Source: Malacoraja senta
Lineage: Eukaryota
Length of the DNA stretch: 64,000 nt
Assembly (NCBI GenBank): GCA_038087875.1
Contig: CM075978.1
Coordinates: 149,978,001 to 150,042,000, forward strand
Direction of reading: 5' to 3'
The notes beneath the pieces are model-generated. The model saw only the letters and a program-made list of their open reading frames with translations. It did no database searches and had not been told where the DNA came from. Made by a program: the position numbers and the translations under genes. Positions 61,206 to 64,000 of this stretch are shown in pieces. Positions within the stretch are counted from its first letter, which is position 1, and each line of letters starts with the position of its first letter.

Positions 61206-62383
61206 ATTGACTGTAATGATGAGCTTTTAAGGACCGATATCGGCCCACATTGATACCAGTCTTCTGGACAATCGAGCCCACTTGTAATTTGCATACAGAA
61301 AAAATAGATTGAATGAGAATGCCATCTCTCTCACACTATATTTAACTCTGAATTACCTTGTCAATTAGAACTCCTTTCTCAGCCCAGTCCATCACACTTC
61401 CTTCCATCCAGCCCATCTTCACAGTGCAGGAAGGCTGTTAATATACTCAAGAATGGCTGTCCTCCTTCACCTTTTCTCTCTTCTACCTTCTCGCAGAAGA
61501 TACAGGAGCTTAAAAGCCCAGATATCCTGACTTAAGAACAGTTTTTTCCCCACTGCTATCAGTCCTCAACCAATCACCTTGTTAGCAAACCCTTCCTGGA
61601 GGTGTTGCCAAGTACCATTACTCTTAATGTGTAGGAAGGAACTGCAAATGGAGGTTTACACCGAAGATAGACACAAAATGCTGGAGCTACTCAGCAGGAA
61701 GCAGCACCTCTGGAGAGAAGGAATGAGTGTATTCTGCTATTGCACTTCAATATTATTTTTGCACTACTTCAAATTGCACGACAAACTTTGCACCATTTCC
61801 AGCTGTTTTGCATTTATCATTCTATTTATTGTTTTATCTATCCTTATAATGTATACTCTGCATTATTTGAGCATCATGTGAATACGGTGCACCCTAGTGT
61901 ATATGACAATTAAGTAATCCGATCTAATCATTTGAAAGTTACAATGGAATCTGTTAACATTGGCCTTTAAGAAATATAATGTTAGATTGCAGTAGTTCGC
62001 TGCATCTATTGTGCGCATAATTGGAATTTTTTCAGCTGCTGGTTCAGTCAGAAGTTTATGCCATGCTGAAAATGTTCCCGTCTACAAAAAAATTCAATTA
62101 GAAAACATAATTAAAGTCAATTGAAACTTGACTTGGTGTCATTTTAATTCCCTCGAGAAACTAGCCTGGCACTGTGTCAGGTCTTATAGATTAATGCCGA
62201 GAAAAGATACAAACTGCTGCTGTAAAAAAAAATTCTAATAGTTTATTCTAATGGACAATGTGGAAGGGTTAATCTGGTGCTTTTTTTCGTACGACTTTCT
62301 CTAATTTATGTTGTTGCTGGCTTAATTCATCTTAATGTTCAAAAATCAGCTTATTCTTTTACATCTATTATTTTACAGGAATG

Positions 62384-62514
62384 TGTTAAAGAAGGAACTG
62401 CAGATGCTGGAAAATCGAAGGTACACAAAAATGCTGGAGAAACTCAGTGGGTGCAGCAGCATCTGTGGAGCGAAGGAAACAGGCAACGTTTCGGGCCGAA
62501 ACCCTTCTTCAGAC
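62384..62514 (-). mobile_element. Solo Penelope terminal repeat (131 bp) with a hammerhead motif at its 5' end
   Basis: Perfect 13-bp TSD TTTTACAGGAATG at 62371-62383 and 62515-62527. Same subfamily as the copies at 5893 and 9846. Confidence 0.88.
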
Positions 62515-62877
62515 TTTTACAGGAATGATTGGCTAGGCTGCTGGTATTTTCTTCTGAAATAAGCGGTGGTTTAATTGAGATGTATAAAATTATGTGAAGT
62601 TTGCTTAGGATGAATAGGAAGGATCTACTTCCCTAAGCCTGGAGGCTTACCTCTCTCTAGAGTTCCTTCCTCCACCTCTTCAAGCAGTTTTATTTTATCT
62701 CTTTGAGCAATGGATTGGAGGGGAGCTGAGAAAAAATCTTTACATCTAATGTGTGGTAGATGTCAGTGATAGAGGCAGGAAGATTCAGCACATGTAAAAG
62801 GTACCTTGGTGTCCACTGGATGTGCTGTAGCCTGCAAAGCCTTGGATCAGGAATTGGGATGTGGGATAATAATAATG

Positions 62878-63944
62878 ATAGTTTAAAGATACGGCACAGA
62901 AACAGGCCCTTCGGCCCACCGAATTCCCGCCGACCAGCAATCCCCATACATTAATAATAATAATAATAGATTTTATTTATATAGCGCTTTTCAGGACTCA
63001 AAGTCGCTTTACAATTGAGAGTCAGGAATAAACAAAACAAAATAGAGCAGTAAGACAGAGGGGAGGGGAACATGGGACTAAGGGTATGCAGAGGTGAAGA
63101 GATGGGTCTTGAGGCGGGACTGGAAGATGGTGAGGGACTCAGAATTTCAGACCGGTTGTGGGAGGGAATTCCAGAGCCTGGGAGCTGCCCTGCAGAAGGC
63201 TCTGCCTCCAAAAGTGCAGAGGTTTGATTTCGGAGTGGAGAGGAGACCAGCTGATGTGGATCTGAGGGACCGTGAGGGTTGGTAGGGGGAGAGGAGGTCA
63301 ATGAGATAAGGGGGGGCCAGGTTGTTGAGGGCTTTGTAGGTGAGGACCAGGATTTTGTAGGTGATCCGGTGGGAAATGGGAAGCCAGTGAAGTTCTTTGA
63401 GAACTGGGGTGATGTGGTGCCAGGATTTGGTGTGGGTAATGAGTCGAGCGGCTGCATTTTGGACCAGTTGGAGTCGGTTGACGCTGCTGGAATTGATTCC
63501 GAAAAGAAGAGAGTTACAGTAGTCCAGTCGGGAGGAGATGAAGGCATGGATGAGTCTTTCAGCAGCGGGGGGTGTGAGAGAGGATCTGATTTTTGCAATG
63601 TTGCGGAGGTGAAACAATGATGTTTTGACAACATGGCGGATGTGAGACTCAAGGGAGAGGGTTGAGTCAAGGATCACGCCAAGGTTGCGTGCCTGAGGAG
63701 ATAGGGAGACAGTGGTGCCGTCGATAGTGAAAGTGGGACACCAGGGACAATTTACAATCTTTACCAAAGCCAATTAACCTACAAACCTGTGTGTCTTTGG
63801 AGTGTGGGAGGAAACCGGTGCACCCGGAGAAAACCCAAACGGTAACAGGGAGAACGTTCAAACTCCACACAGACAGCATCTGTAGTCAGGATTGAACCCG
63901 GGTCTCTGGCGCTGTAAGACATCAACTCTCCCGCTGTCCCACCC
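62878..63944 (-). mobile_element. HE1-like V-SINE split by an L2 insertion
   Basis: SINE tail at 62878-62950; SINE core and head at 63737-63944. Confidence 0.8.
62951..63737 (-). mobile_element. L2 LINE, 5'-truncated, near-intact C-terminal ORF
   Basis: RNLGVILDSTLS...LIHAFISSRLDYCNSLL...LQLVQNAAARL...HITPVLKELHWLPI...APRLWNSLP, with a (TTA)n tail. Confidence 0.95.
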
Positions 63945-64000
63945 TCAAATGATAATAATGATAATGATTTATCAGTCTGAAGAAGAAGGATTAGTCTGAA

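Noticed and set aside
62951-63670. 239-aa Ser/Pro-rich ORF
   Set aside because: Alternative frame of the L2 RT region.
1-64000. CRISPR array, prokaryotic operon or defence system
   Set aside because: No regularly spaced repeat-spacer array and no gene-dense region; the content is that of vertebrate repeat-rich DNA.

Overview
Repeat-dense, apparently non-coding vertebrate DNA (large intron or intergenic region). The repeat set (HE1-like V-SINEs sharing a tail with HER1/CR1-type LINEs, Deu/SacSINE1-like relics) points to an elasmobranch, probably a skate or ray; this is inferred from repeats alone. No host protein-coding gene could be supported. Every recognisable protein motif belongs to a transposable element: CR1, L2, Rex1/Babar, L1, Tx1, Penelope GIY-YIG, and Gypsy gag/protease/RT/integrase. 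Highlights: (1) about 20 Penelope-like terminal repeats carry a minimal hammerhead-ribozyme motif (CUGANGA-a-stem II-GAAACGUH), and many are arranged as TSD-flanked fold-back insertions that pivot at the ribozyme core. (2) A two-LTR Gypsy element (39082-42203) has a 4-bp TSD, a tRNA-Trp-type PBS, a PPT, non-canonical TG...AA ends and a deleted RT/RNase H, and sits 20 bp downstream of a hammerhead motif. (3) A 334-bp almost fully palindromic PIF/Harbinger-type MITE. (4) Rex1-type 3' ends with covarying GNRA stem-loops. (5) Several 1.3-1.9 kb TE-free blocks that are candidate conserved non-coding elements. There is a 200-N assembly gap at 8839-9038. Family names come from recalled consensus motifs, not database searches, and boundaries of degenerate repeats are approximate.
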